Part shown: positions 39,595-49,094 of the stretch, piece by piece | Layout: each line of letters begins with the position of its first letter | Numbering within the stretch: the first letter of the stretch is position 1 | NCBI GenBank assembly: GCA_963555985.3 | Contig: OY820591.1 | Coordinates: 1,760,001 to 1,824,000, forward strand | Direction: 5' to 3' | DNA: 64,000 bases | Source of the DNA: Dehalococcoidia bacterium | Lineage (GTDB): Bacteria > Chloroflexota > Dehalococcoidia > Bin125 | Made by a program: the position numbers and the translations under genes | The notes under the pieces: model-generated | The model's input: the letters and a program-made list of their open reading frames with translations, nothing else | What the model was told of the DNA's origin: nothing | Databases searched by the model: none

Positions 39595-41259
39595 CTACGG
39601 AACTCCCGTCTTCTGCGGCCGCGGCAACCCAATCCTGCGCACCAACCCCAGCCCCTCGGCCGTCCCATTCCCAGCCGCGCCGACGGACGAGACTTCCGCC
39701 TCTCCCTCAAAGCCAACCGCCCCCCGCAGCGTCGCCGCCTGCTGCAAACGCTGCCGGCTCGGAACCAGCAGCCAACACACGATCCCCGAACAAACCGCAA
39801 AGATGATCCCCAACCGGTACGTGTCCTGGATCGCGCCCACGAACGACTCCGCAATCGCCGCCCGCGCCGCCGGCAGCGCCTCCGCGCCCAACTCCGGCAA
39901 CACCTGCAACGCCGCCCCCACGCCCGTCGCAATCGTCTCAACCTGCTCAGCCCCCAGACCCAGCGGAGCCAGACTCTCCCGCGCCCCGGACGCATACATC
40001 GTCGCCGCAAAGCTCCCCAGAATCGCAATCGAGAGCGTCCCCCCAAGTTCCTGCCCGCTGGTCGTCACCGCCGATGCCTTGCCCGCCAGATCCACCGGTA
40101 CCGCCGCCATGCTCGTATCCGTCGTCGCCGGCATATGCATCGCCCCGCCAATCCCCAGCCAGCCAAGCGCCAGCCCAATCACCCAATACGGCGTGTCTAC
40201 ATCAAGCACGAAACTCAGCAACAGCAGGCAACCGCCCCCATGCACGGCGGGCGCCCAAAGCATGATGATCCGCGGCCCCACCCGCGGCAAAACCCGCCCC
40301 GCCAGCGGAGCCACCACCATCATCGCCAGCGCCAATGGCATCAGCCGCAAACCGCTCGTCGTCGCCGACGTGCCCTGCACCAACTGGAAGAACTGCGGCA
40401 GATAGAACATCACCCCCATCAGCGCGAACATGATGAAGAACATCCCAATCATCGCGCCCGTGAAGTCGCGCTGACGGAAAAACGCCATCGGCAGCAACGG
40501 TTGCGCCGTGCGCCGTTCGATCAGAATGAAGCTCGACAGCGACACCGCCGCCACCGCAAACGCGCCCACAATCAGCGGATCGCCCCACCCGCGCTGAATG
40601 CCCTCGATGATCGCGAAGACAATCGCCACCATCCCCACCGTCCCCGTCACCGCGCCAGGCACATCAAGCCGCGTGTGTCGCAGAGACCGCGACTCCGGCA
40701 CAATCGCCATCCCGAGCAGGGCGACGCCCGCAATCGGCGCAGGCACCCAGAAGACCGCCGACCAATCGATCAGATCCACCAGTGCGCCGCCGATCAGCGG
40801 CCCGAACGCCATCCCGAAACCCATCGCCCCGGCCCAGACGCCGAACGCCTTACTGCGCTCTTCACGCGGGAAGACCGCCGTCAGAATCGACAGCGTTTGC
40901 GGAATCACCAGCGCGCCGCCGAGTCCCTGCAAGCCCCGCCCGACGATCAGGAAGTTCGCGTTGGGCGAGAACGCGACCCCGATCGAGGCGGCGACAAAGA
41001 CCGTCATCCCGATCATCAAGATCCGGCGGCGGCCAAAGCGATCACCCAGCGCACCCGCAAGCAGGAGCAAACCCCCGAAGATCACCAGATAGGCGTCCGC
41101 GATCCAGAGCGACTGCGATTCGGTCAGTTCGAAGGCGCGTTTGATCGCCGGGATCGCCGTGTTGATGATCGTCACGTCGAGGTTGACGATCATCTGACTG
41201 GTCACAAGCACCGCGAGAATGAGCCAGCGGCGGCGTCCGCCTGCGACCGAGGTCATCAA
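39595..41259 (-). CDS. MFS transporter, DHA2 (EmrB/QacA, 14-TMS) family, copy 1
   Basis: LDVTIINTAIP, GALGDRFGRRR (motif A), GRGLQGLGGA and GPLIGG. Confidence 0.92.
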   Translation of the reverse strand: MMTSVAGGRRRWLILAVLVTSQMIVNLDVTIINTAIPAIKRAFELTESQSLWIADAYLVIFGGLLLLAGALGDRFGRRRILMIGMTVFVAASIGVAFSPNANFLIVGRGLQGLGGALVIPQTLSILTAVFPREERSKAFGVWAGAMGFGMAFGPLIGGALVDLIDWSAVFWVPAPIAGVALLGMAIVPESRSLRHTRLDVPGAVTGTVGMVAIVFAIIEGIQRGWGDPLIVGAFAVAAVSLSSFILIERRTAQPLLPMAFFRQRDFTGAMIGMFFIMFALMGVMFYLPQFFQLVQGTSATTSGLRLMPLALAMMVVAPLAGRVLPRVGPRIIMLWAPAVHGGGCLLLLSFVLDVDTPYWVIGLALGWLGIGGAMHMPATTDTSMAAVPVDLAGKASAVTTSGQELGGTLSIAILGSFAATMYASGARESLAPLGLGAEQVETIATGVGAALQVLPELGAEALPAARAAIAESFVGAIQDTYRLGIIFAVCSGIVCWLLVPSRQRLQQAATLRGAVGFEGEAEVSSVGAAGNGTAEGLGLVRRIGLPRPQKTGVP

Positions 41260-42968
41260 TGAACCACCGTCTTCTGAGGACGCGGCAACGCAGTCACCAG
41301 CGCCGCCGGACCAAGCGTGCGCGCCCCATTGGACGACACGCCGTTCGACGACATCGCCGGAATCGGAGCCGGCCCGGACGGCTGCTCAACCGGCTTGCCG
41401 TCTTCCCATTGCATCTGCGTTTGGCGCTGGCGCTTGGGCACCAGAATCCAGCCCACGACGCCGGAGATCAGCGCGAAGACGATCCCGAAGCGCATCGTGT
41501 CGGTGATGGCGTCGACGAAAGACTCGCGGAGGACGAGCTGGGCTGGGGCGAGGACGGCGGGATCGAGGGTGGGCAGCACCTGTTGGGCTGCGCCAATGCC
41601 GGTAGCGAGAACTTCGACCGATTGCTCGGCGATGCCGAGCGGGGCGAGCCCGGAGTTCACGCCCGACGAATAGACGGCGGCCGCGAACGACCCCAGGATC
41701 GCGATCGCCAGTGTGCCGCCAAGCTGCCGTCCGGCGTTGTTGACCGCCGACGCCTTGCCGGCCAGGTCAACAGGTACCGACGCCATCGCCGTGTCGGTAG
41801 TGGCGGGCATGTGCATCGCGCCGCCCATGCCGAGGAAGGCCATCCCCAGGCCGATCATCCAGTAGGGCGTATCGACATCAAGGATGAAGCTAAACAGCAG
41901 CAGCGCGCCGCCGCCATGCACGGCGGGCGCCCAGAAGAGCATGAATCGAGGTCCCAGCTTGGGCAACAGGCGAGCCGCCACCGGCGCAAAGAACATCATC
42001 ATCAGCGCCAGCGGCATCAGCCGTGCGCCGCTCTCCGAGGCGGACATGCCCTGCACCAGCTGGAAGAACTGAGGCATGTAGAACATGACGCCCATCAACG
42101 CGAACATGATGAAGAACATGCCGACCATCGAGCCGGTGAAGTCGCGCTGCTTGAAGAACGCCATCGGCAGCAGCGGTTGGTCGGTGCGCCGCTCGATCAG
42201 GATGAAGAGCACGGCAGAGACGATGGCGACCGCGAACGATCCAACGATCAGCGGGTCGCTCCAGCCCTTCTGAATCCCCTCAATGATCGCGAAGACGATC
42301 GCGACCATGGCGATCGTCCCCGTGATCGCGCCCGGCACGTCCAGCTTGGTGTGCAGCTGCGAACGCGACTCGGGCACGACGGCCATACCGGCCATGCACA
42401 GGGCCGCAATCGGGGCCGGCACCCAGAACACACCCGACCACCCGATCAGATCGACCAGCACGCCCCCGACGAGCGGACCGAAGGCCATGCCGAAGCCCAT
42501 CGCCCCGGCCCAGATGCCGATCGCCCGGCCGCGCTCCTCGCGCGGAAACACAGCGGTCAGGATCGACAATGTCTGTGGAATGACCAGCGCGCCGCCAAGT
42601 CCCTGCAAGCCCCGCCCGACGATCATGAAGTTGGCGTCGGGCGAGAAAGCCACGGCGATCGAGGCGGCGACGAAGATCGCCATCCCGATGATCAGGATCT
42701 TGCGGCGGCCGAAACGATCGCCCAGCGCGCCGGCGAGCAACAGCAGGCCGCCGAAGATCACCATGTAGGCGTCCGCGACCCAAAGCGACTGCGACTCCGA
42801 CATCTCGAACGCGCGCTTAATCGCGGGCAGCGCCGTGTTGATGATCGTCGCGTCCAGCTGCACCAACATCTGCGAGCCGGCCAAGACAAGCAGAATCGCC
42901 CAGCGCCGGCGCGAACTCTGCGCCCCGGCCGCGGCGAGGGATGCCGTCGCCGCCGGAGCGGCGCTCAT
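41256..42968 (-). CDS. MFS transporter, DHA2 family, copy 2 (tandem paralog)
   Basis: Same motifs as copy 1; start overlaps the DUF35 stop and stop overlaps the copy 1 start. Confidence 0.92.
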   Translation of the reverse strand: MSAAPAATASLAAAGAQSSRRRWAILLVLAGSQMLVQLDATIINTALPAIKRAFEMSESQSLWVADAYMVIFGGLLLLAGALGDRFGRRKILIIGMAIFVAASIAVAFSPDANFMIVGRGLQGLGGALVIPQTLSILTAVFPREERGRAIGIWAGAMGFGMAFGPLVGGVLVDLIGWSGVFWVPAPIAALCMAGMAVVPESRSQLHTKLDVPGAITGTIAMVAIVFAIIEGIQKGWSDPLIVGSFAVAIVSAVLFILIERRTDQPLLPMAFFKQRDFTGSMVGMFFIMFALMGVMFYMPQFFQLVQGMSASESGARLMPLALMMMFFAPVAARLLPKLGPRFMLFWAPAVHGGGALLLFSFILDVDTPYWMIGLGMAFLGMGGAMHMPATTDTAMASVPVDLAGKASAVNNAGRQLGGTLAIAILGSFAAAVYSSGVNSGLAPLGIAEQSVEVLATGIGAAQQVLPTLDPAVLAPAQLVLRESFVDAITDTMRFGIVFALISGVVGWILVPKRQRQTQMQWEDGKPVEQPSGPAPIPAMSSNGVSSNGARTLGPAALVTALPRPQKTVVH

Positions 42969-43426
42969 GCGAGCTTCCAACGCGGCTGCACCAGGTCGTC
43001 GGCGGTACGCTCAAAGACGACCCGGACCGAATCGCCGATCGCCACGGCCGGCTGCGCATCGTCGCCGTGCGGAGCATTCACGACCGTGCCCATGAGTTTG
43101 ACCTCGGGCGCATCGTCAAGTTCGACCAGCGCCACCACATACGCCCCGAACTCGCGCAGGGCGGGATGCGCCGGATGCACGACCTCAACCCATGACCAGA
43201 TATGTCCAGTACCGGCCACCTCGACCCAACTCATGTTGAAGCCATAACACGAGTGGCAGTTCAGTTCGGGTGGATACTGTCTCACATTGCAGTCGGCGCA
43301 AGTTTGGACCACCAAGCGTCCGTCCGCCGCCGCCTCAAAGAATCCGGCGTTGATCGGATCCGCAGGTTCGGGCTCGGACATGCCCTGGGGGAAGAATGGT
43401 TCGTCGAGGAATTCGGCGCTGGGCAT
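42965..43426 (-). CDS. DUF35 Zn-ribbon/OB-fold acyl-CoA-binding protein (ChsH2-C-like)
   Basis: FFEAAADGRL, CADC...CHSC, GHIWSW, VALVEL and IGDSVRVVF; start uncertain (43381 or 43426). Confidence 0.88.
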   Translation of the reverse strand: MPSAEFLDEPFFPQGMSEPEPADPINAGFFEAAADGRLVVQTCADCNVRQYPPELNCHSCYGFNMSWVEVAGTGHIWSWVEVVHPAHPALREFGAYVVALVELDDAPEVKLMGTVVNAPHGDDAQPAVAIGDSVRVVFERTADDLVQPRWKLA

Positions 43427-43518
43427 GGGGCAAAAGTCCGACGGCGGCTGCGCGGAGGGCGCTGATATCACTTTCGGTGAGGCTAACAGCTTTGCCCGCG
43501 TTGGGGAGCTTCACAGGT

Positions 43519-44439
43519 TTGCCTAGCGCCGCCGCCGACCTCCGGCGGCGCGCAGTGCTGCTCAGCCTCGCAGCAGCGACGCTAGCCGCTCTGACGCCGG
43601 CGGCATTAGCGCAAGCGGACGGCGGCGCGCGGCCGATCTGTGCGTTATCCACCTCGGTGCTGCCGCTGCTGGAGGCCGATCAACATCGGATCGGCGTCGC
43701 CGTGATCGAGTTGGACACCGGCCGTGAATGGCACGGCGGGGATGCGGACGAGTTCGCGCTGCACAGTTTGGTCAAACCGCCGATCGCGTGGTTGGCATTA
43801 ACCCGGCTGAGTAACACCGACGCGGAGTCTCAGTCGGCAGCGAAGCTCCGGCGTCAGATCGACATGATGGTGACTCACAGCGCCAACGAACCCGTGCCGC
43901 CGCTGCTGGAATACATCGGCGGGATCGAAACCTTGGGCGAGTACTACGAATGGCTCGGCGTGCCTGAGATGGCGTCCGGCCTGCATCCGACTCGCTGGGG
44001 CATCGGGACGGCCACAGCCCTGAATGTCGCGCGTCTCTACGCGGCGCTGGCTACATCAGCGAATGTGTCGGAGCGAGTCCGCCATGAAGGACTCGAGCTG
44101 CTGGCGCGAGTGCCGCGCGATCTGCGCTGGGGCGCGGATCGCCCGCCCGAATCGCTTGCGGGCTGGCAGTCGTTGGTGAAGACGGGCTGGTATCTCTGGC
44201 GCGAAACCGAAGTGCGGATCAACAGCGCCGCGATCTGGCTCGATCCGGAGGGGCAGCCCCGCTACGTGATCGTGATGATGTTGAGCGGGCAGATCGAGGC
44301 TCGGCGCGCGCAAGCGTTGCAGAACCGTATCGGGACGGTGCTGGGTCGCGCGCTCGCGGAGCGCGAACTTGGCCCGGATGCGGATCGGTGGAATTGTCTC
44401 GAACTCTCGTTGGACGTGCTCCTCGCACGGTACTTCTGA
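43519..44439 (+). CDS. secreted class A beta-lactamase-like serine hydrolase
   Basis: Tat-like leader LRRRAVL...ALAQA; SxxK (SLVK), SAN and KTG motifs. Confidence 0.75.
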   Translation: MPSAAADLRRRAVLLSLAAATLAALTPAALAQADGGARPICALSTSVLPLLEADQHRIGVAVIELDTGREWHGGDADEFALHSLVKPPIAWLALTRLSNTDAESQSAAKLRRQIDMMVTHSANEPVPPLLEYIGGIETLGEYYEWLGVPEMASGLHPTRWGIGTATALNVARLYAALATSANVSERVRHEGLELLARVPRDLRWGADRPPESLAGWQSLVKTGWYLWRETEVRINSAAIWLDPEGQPRYVIVMMLSGQIEARRAQALQNRIGTVLGRALAERELGPDADRWNCLELSLDVLLARYF

Positions 44440-44517
44440 ATTCAACCTCGCCTCCTCCAGCGGTTCGCCATACGCGGCGGAGAGCGGAAATGACGAAGCG
44501 GGAAGTGTCAACAGACC

Positions 44518-45729
44518 CTAGTTGCGGAAAATGGCCGACGAGATCGGGGCGGAGGCGGGCCCGGCGGCGACGATGCAGGTGCGCGCGCCTGCAACGGGAG
44601 TAGTAGAGTCGCCGCGCAGTTGGCGCACAGCCTCGACAGCGAGATTGAATCCGTGCGTGTAGGCCTCGGCGAGATTGCCGCCGGAGGTGTTGATCGGGAA
44701 CTCGCCCGCATGGGGCGCGTCCGGATCTGCAACCTGTTTCGCTTCGAGGCGTCCGCCTTCGCAGAAAGGTCCGCCCTCGCCGACTTCGCAGAACTTGTGA
44801 TCCTCGAACGAGGTCAGCACCTGCCCGGTGAAATTCTCATAGAACTGCCCGCAGTCGATCTCCTCGGGCCCCATCCCGGCTGCTGTGTAGAGGCGATCGA
44901 CCATGGTCGTGTAGTTGGAGGACATGAAGTCGTCGTGCCAGAAGCCGTCGACGACGTTGCCCTGTCGATGACCCGAACCTTGAACGGAGGCTGAGAGGAA
45001 GACGGGCCTGTCGGTGAAGTCGCGCGCGATCTCGGCAGTAGTCAGGATCATGGCGGCTGCGCCGTCGGTCTCAAGGCAGCAGTCGTAGAGGCGGTAGGGG
45101 TCTGCGATCATGCGGGAGTTCTGGTGATCCTCCAGCGTGATCGGGCGGCCGTTCATCACCGCGCGAGGGTTGTTCTGCGCGTGCTTGTTCGCGGCAACCG
45201 CAATCCGCCCCAACTGCGCCGAGGTCGTCCCGTACTCGTGCATATGGCGCTGCATCTTCATCGCCAGGAATTGAGCTGGCGACATCAGGCCTTGGGGCAC
45301 ATTGAAAGCGTACTGTCCGCGCAAGCGTCCGCCGCGACGGGACTGGCCGAAGCGTCCGAACTCGCCCTGCGCCAATGCTCGGTAGACGACAACGAAGTTG
45401 GCGTAGCCGGCGACGATGCCGGCGGCGGCGTTGCCGATCGCCGCGCAGACGCCTCCACCGCCGCCGCCGTAGACCATCGAGGCGAAAGCGTAGTGCGGCA
45501 GATCGAGCGCGGTCGAGAGCCGGTTCGGGTCGTTGCGGTCGGCGGAGTAGGAGGAGAAGCCGTCCAGCATTCGCGGTTCGAGGCCGGCGTCGGCGCAGGC
45601 GGCGAGGATCGCTTCGAGGGCGAGGCGAAACTCGGGCCGCCCAATCCGCCCATGCTTCGTGTATTCGGTCTCACCGACACCGATCACGGCCACCTTGTCG
45701 CGGATGTTGCGGTCGTATTCGTAGGTCAT
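44518..45729 (-). CDS. thiolase-superfamily protein, Ltp2/SCP2-like (probable retro-aldolase)
   Basis: VAVIGVGET, HAQNNPRA, DCCLETDGA, YENFT and NTSGGNLAEAYTHG; the N-terminal nucleophile region is Gly-rich (YGGGGGG). Confidence 0.88.
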   Translation of the reverse strand: MTYEYDRNIRDKVAVIGVGETEYTKHGRIGRPEFRLALEAILAACADAGLEPRMLDGFSSYSADRNDPNRLSTALDLPHYAFASMVYGGGGGGVCAAIGNAAAGIVAGYANFVVVYRALAQGEFGRFGQSRRGGRLRGQYAFNVPQGLMSPAQFLAMKMQRHMHEYGTTSAQLGRIAVAANKHAQNNPRAVMNGRPITLEDHQNSRMIADPYRLYDCCLETDGAAAMILTTAEIARDFTDRPVFLSASVQGSGHRQGNVVDGFWHDDFMSSNYTTMVDRLYTAAGMGPEEIDCGQFYENFTGQVLTSFEDHKFCEVGEGGPFCEGGRLEAKQVADPDAPHAGEFPINTSGGNLAEAYTHGFNLAVEAVRQLRGDSTTPVAGARTCIVAAGPASAPISSAIFRN

Positions 45730-45783
45730 CTCGAGCCTCCCTCGCTGATGCGGAGGCTAGGCGATCGTCGGAGGCTGCTTCCG

Positions 45784-46626
45784 CTACCGGCTATGGCTCT
45801 CCGAGCGCAACTCGGCGATCACTTGCAGGCGATGCTCGCCGTTGACCACCACCGTGTACGCCCGGCCCTCCGTGAGATCCCGGCGATTCGTCCAGACCAA
45901 CAGCGTCCCCGAATGCTGGGCCTGGGCGCAGAAACCGTCGTACACATCAATCAGCAGATCGACCGAGAACTCGTCGCCCAGTTGGCCGAAGCGCGCGTCT
46001 CGATATGAGTAACAGTAGGAAGGCAGGGTGTAGCGCACGATCAGATAGCCCAACCCGTTGGCGCTCTGGTCGATGCCAAGCCTGACGGAATCGATCCGCG
46101 TCAACGGATTCGGCTGGGGGGAAGGCGGAGGCGTCGCCTTCGCAGTGTCAACCCAAATGACTTCGCTCACCGACCAATGGACCTCGCTGTGCCGTCCACT
46201 CTGGTGGTACGCCCCGACGAAGAAGTAGTAGCGGCTGTCCGGCCGCAGATCGCGCACGACGTATTCGGACCGAACACTGCCGCGCAGGTCGTGGTAGCGC
46301 AAGGGGTCCAGCCAGGTCGAATCGCTCTGATCGGCGTTCCGCACTTCGCTGATTTCGACCCAACCTACGCGATAGTTGGTGGCACCGCGCACGGGCGTCC
46401 ACGAGACGCGGGCGCTGAGGCCGTCGTCCAGTAACTGCGCGCCCAGGTTTGTCGGCGCTCGCAAGCCGTCGACAGCTTGCGCCAGTTGAGCAGCATTCAA
46501 GTCGACGCCGCCGCTGCGCAGATCGACTTTCGGATTCGGACTCACCGTAGCGGCGATCACGATCAGTCCGGCGACCAGAACGGCGCAGACGACCTTGACT
46601 CGCCGGCTGGGTTTGAACTCCCGCAT
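45784..46626 (-). CDS. exported fibronectin type III domain protein
   Basis: N-terminal hydrophobic signal/anchor; FN3 pattern APTNL...VSWTP...YRV...LRPDSRYYFFVGA; C-terminal two-Cys domain. Confidence 0.7.
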   Translation of the reverse strand: MREFKPSRRVKVVCAVLVAGLIVIAATVSPNPKVDLRSGGVDLNAAQLAQAVDGLRAPTNLGAQLLDDGLSARVSWTPVRGATNYRVGWVEISEVRNADQSDSTWLDPLRYHDLRGSVRSEYVVRDLRPDSRYYFFVGAYHQSGRHSEVHWSVSEVIWVDTAKATPPPSPQPNPLTRIDSVRLGIDQSANGLGYLIVRYTLPSYCYSYRDARFGQLGDEFSVDLLIDVYDGFCAQAQHSGTLLVWTNRRDLTEGRAYTVVVNGEHRLQVIAELRSESHSR

Positions 46627-46755
46627 GTTCAACTCCAATCCAACGTCGGCGGTGGAACGCTCCTGACGATGCCTCGATTCATGGTACGCAGACCGATCTT
46701 CAGGTTCAGGGAGCTACCCTGCTCACCACCCGCTAGCGCTTCGTAGGAGCCTCCG

Positions 46756-48048
46756 ATGTCCGACTTCGCCAATCTTCCCTCCGCCGATCCCGCCGCCCTC
46801 GGCATCGACGCCAAGCGACTGGCTCGGGTCGACGCTCGCATGGCCCAAGCCGTTGAGAACGGCGAGGTACCGGGCGTCGTGACCGTGCTGATTCGGCACG
46901 GACACATCGCGCACGTGTCGTGTCACGGCTACCTCGACGTAGAGCGCAAGAATCCGCTGCCCGAGGATGCGCTGTTCCGAATGTACTCGCAGACGAAGCC
47001 GGTCGCGGCGGCGCTGACGATGCAGTTGCAGGAGGAGGGCCTGTTCTACGTCGACGAGCCGATCACGAAGTGGCTGCCGGAGTTCGAGGGACGCGAGGTC
47101 TTGTCGCCGCTGGACCCGCCCAACAAGGTGCGCGGTACCGGTCTGCTGCTGGGACAGACGGTCCCGATGATTCGGCCGATCACGATTCGCGATCTGCTGA
47201 CGATGACGTCGGGCTTGCCCTCGTTCAGCAACATTCCCTCGGCGATGTTCCCGCTCTTGGAGCCGGTCTGGAAAGGTACCGGGTTCGGGCCGACCGACGG
47301 TGGGATTCAAGATCCGGACGTGGTTCACGAGGACCTGATCATGGCGATGTCGCAGTTGCCCAACGCGCGCCAGCCGGGCGCGGCCTGGGAGTATGCGATG
47401 GACTTTGATGTCCTCACCGTGCTGTTGGAACGGGCGACCGGGCAAAATCTCGACGACCTCTTCCAGGAGCGCATCTTCGGTCCGCTCGGGATCGAGGGCT
47501 GCGGCTTCTACTGCCCGCCTCAGGACGCGGGCCGGCTGGTGACCAACCATCACTGGGGCGCGGACGGCGGTCTGAATCCAGTCGAGCGACCGGAGGACTC
47601 GGAGAAGGTACGGGAATCAGTAGGCAAGCAGATCTCGGGGAACGGGCTGTTCGGCGGCGTGTTGATGACCCCGGCGGCCTACACCCGCTTCGCGGCAATG
47701 CTGCTGAACGGCGGCCAACTCGATGGCCAGCGGGTACTGGGGCGCAAGACGATCCAGTGGATGACGGCCGACCACGTTGGCGAGATCTGCGGCCAGGAGA
47801 TCGATCTGACGCCACCCGGCTACGGGTTCGGCTTCGGCTATGCCGTCCGCAATCGTCTCGGCGGGACGGCAATGGCTGGCAGCGTCGGTACCTACGGCTG
47901 GGGCGGAGCAGCGGGGACTTGGTTCTTCGTCGATCCGGAGGAGGACTTGGCCGGGCTGTTCTTCACCCACGTCTTCGGCTACCAGTTCAACCCGACGGCC
48001 TACCTGGAATCAACGTTTGAGAAGGGGGTGTACGAAGCGTTGGTATAG
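46756..48048 (+). CDS. beta-lactamase-related (class C-like) serine hydrolase/esterase
   Basis: FRMYSQTK (SxxK), LLTMTSG, PGAAWEY and YGWGGAAGT; no signal peptide. Confidence 0.9.
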   Translation: MSDFANLPSADPAALGIDAKRLARVDARMAQAVENGEVPGVVTVLIRHGHIAHVSCHGYLDVERKNPLPEDALFRMYSQTKPVAAALTMQLQEEGLFYVDEPITKWLPEFEGREVLSPLDPPNKVRGTGLLLGQTVPMIRPITIRDLLTMTSGLPSFSNIPSAMFPLLEPVWKGTGFGPTDGGIQDPDVVHEDLIMAMSQLPNARQPGAAWEYAMDFDVLTVLLERATGQNLDDLFQERIFGPLGIEGCGFYCPPQDAGRLVTNHHWGADGGLNPVERPEDSEKVRESVGKQISGNGLFGGVLMTPAAYTRFAAMLLNGGQLDGQRVLGRKTIQWMTADHVGEICGQEIDLTPPGYGFGFGYAVRNRLGGTAMAGSVGTYGWGGAAGTWFFVDPEEDLAGLFFTHVFGYQFNPTAYLESTFEKGVYEALV

Positions 48049-48051
48049 CGC

Positions 48052-48492
48052 TCAGTCGCGCTTGGGCAGCGAGCACCAGAACGCGACCAGCAGGATCGGC
48101 GAGATGATCCGCGAGCCGTATGCGCCCGGCGGCGGCTTCTCCGCCTTGAGCGGCTTCGCTTGCCCGATCGCGATCCGGCCGATGTTCTCGAGCAGGCTCG
48201 TCAGCAAGATCAGCGGTATCAGCCCGCGGTAGCGGATCACGACGATCCAGGAGATCCCGGCCGACAAAAGCTGCACCAGGCCCCACTGGGCGAAGATCGC
48301 GACCAAGTTCTGGCCGCCCTCGACCTCAATGTCGATTCCGGCAATGCTGGCCGCGCCGCCGTCGTATCGGACGATGTGGATCAAGCTGCGAATCGTGCCG
48401 ACGATTGAGAGCAGAACCACGAAGAAGGAGACCCAGCGGTCGCCTCGGTAGGTTTGGGCGTCGTCAGGGAGAATGGCGCTGAGGTTGCGCAT
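48052..48492 (-). CDS. hypothetical membrane protein (about 4 TM)
   Basis: Hydrophobic segments with RSLIH, DGGAASIAG and PPG motifs. Confidence 0.7.
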   Translation of the reverse strand: MRNLSAILPDDAQTYRGDRWVSFFVVLLSIVGTIRSLIHIVRYDGGAASIAGIDIEVEGGQNLVAIFAQWGLVQLLSAGISWIVVIRYRGLIPLILLTSLLENIGRIAIGQAKPLKAEKPPPGAYGSRIISPILLVAFWCSLPKRD

Positions 48493-48496
48493 CAGT

Positions 48497-48826
48497 TCAA
48501 TCCTCCAAGCCCTCGGTCAGCGACTCTGGGATGTCGCGGGCGGTGTGTAGGAGTCTGTAGACATCGACGCTGGACGCTTCCTCAACGTAGAAGATCAAGT
48601 AAGGGAAACCGCGAATTGGCCATGACCGCAGATTGGGCAACGGTGTGTTGCGGCTGTAGCGCGACGAGCCAGTGGACGGAAACCGGCTGAGATGGCGGAA
48701 CGCCTCACGCGGTGCGAGGGCAAAAGCGCGAGACACTTGCGGTGATGCGTCGAACCAGTAGCGATCCAGGATCCTGGCGAGATCCCGCTGCGCGGGATCT
48801 CGAACAGAAATCAACTTCGGGTTCAC
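48497..48826 (-). CDS. type II toxin, ParE/RelE family
   Basis: AQRDL, FPSTGS, LRSWPIRGFPYLIFY and RLLHTARDI. Confidence 0.85.
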   Translation of the reverse strand: MNPKLISVRDPAQRDLARILDRYWFDASPQVSRAFALAPREAFRHLSRFPSTGSSRYSRNTPLPNLRSWPIRGFPYLIFYVEEASSVDVYRLLHTARDIPESLTEGLED

Positions 48827-49062
48827 TCCTGCTCGGCCTTATCCAACCTTCGGAACAGTCGATCGAAAAACTCATCATCCGCCACCACCGCCGTCGGCGA
48901 CGCTGCGCCTTCCAGTACCAACGCTTCCAGGTGCTGGCGATCGCGCTCCTGCCGGAGCAGATCACGGATGTACTCGCCGCAGTCCAAATAGCCGCGCTCT
49001 TGGACCTGCCGATCAACGTACGACTGAAGGTCATCAGGAAGGGCGATGGTCACGCTGCTCAT
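48823..49062 (-). CDS. type II antitoxin, ParD-like ribbon-helix-helix
   Basis: SVTIALPDDLQSYVDRQV..GY...EYIRDLLR...LEGAAS; stop overlaps the toxin start. Confidence 0.85.
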   Translation of the reverse strand: MSSVTIALPDDLQSYVDRQVQERGYLDCGEYIRDLLRQERDRQHLEALVLEGAASPTAVVADDEFFDRLFRRLDKAEQE

Positions 49063-49094
49063 GCCGACACCATATTCGATTGGCCACGCACCGT

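Noticed and set aside
38221-41262. 1013-aa plus-strand ORF
   Set aside because: Arg/Pro-rich shadow frame overlapping GMC copy 2 and antisense to MFS copy 1; a product of high GC and codon skew.
43519-48048. Beta-lactam resistance genes
   Set aside because: Both are divergent serine hydrolases. The class A-like one shows no clear Glu166 omega-loop motif, and the other is cytoplasmic and esterase-like.
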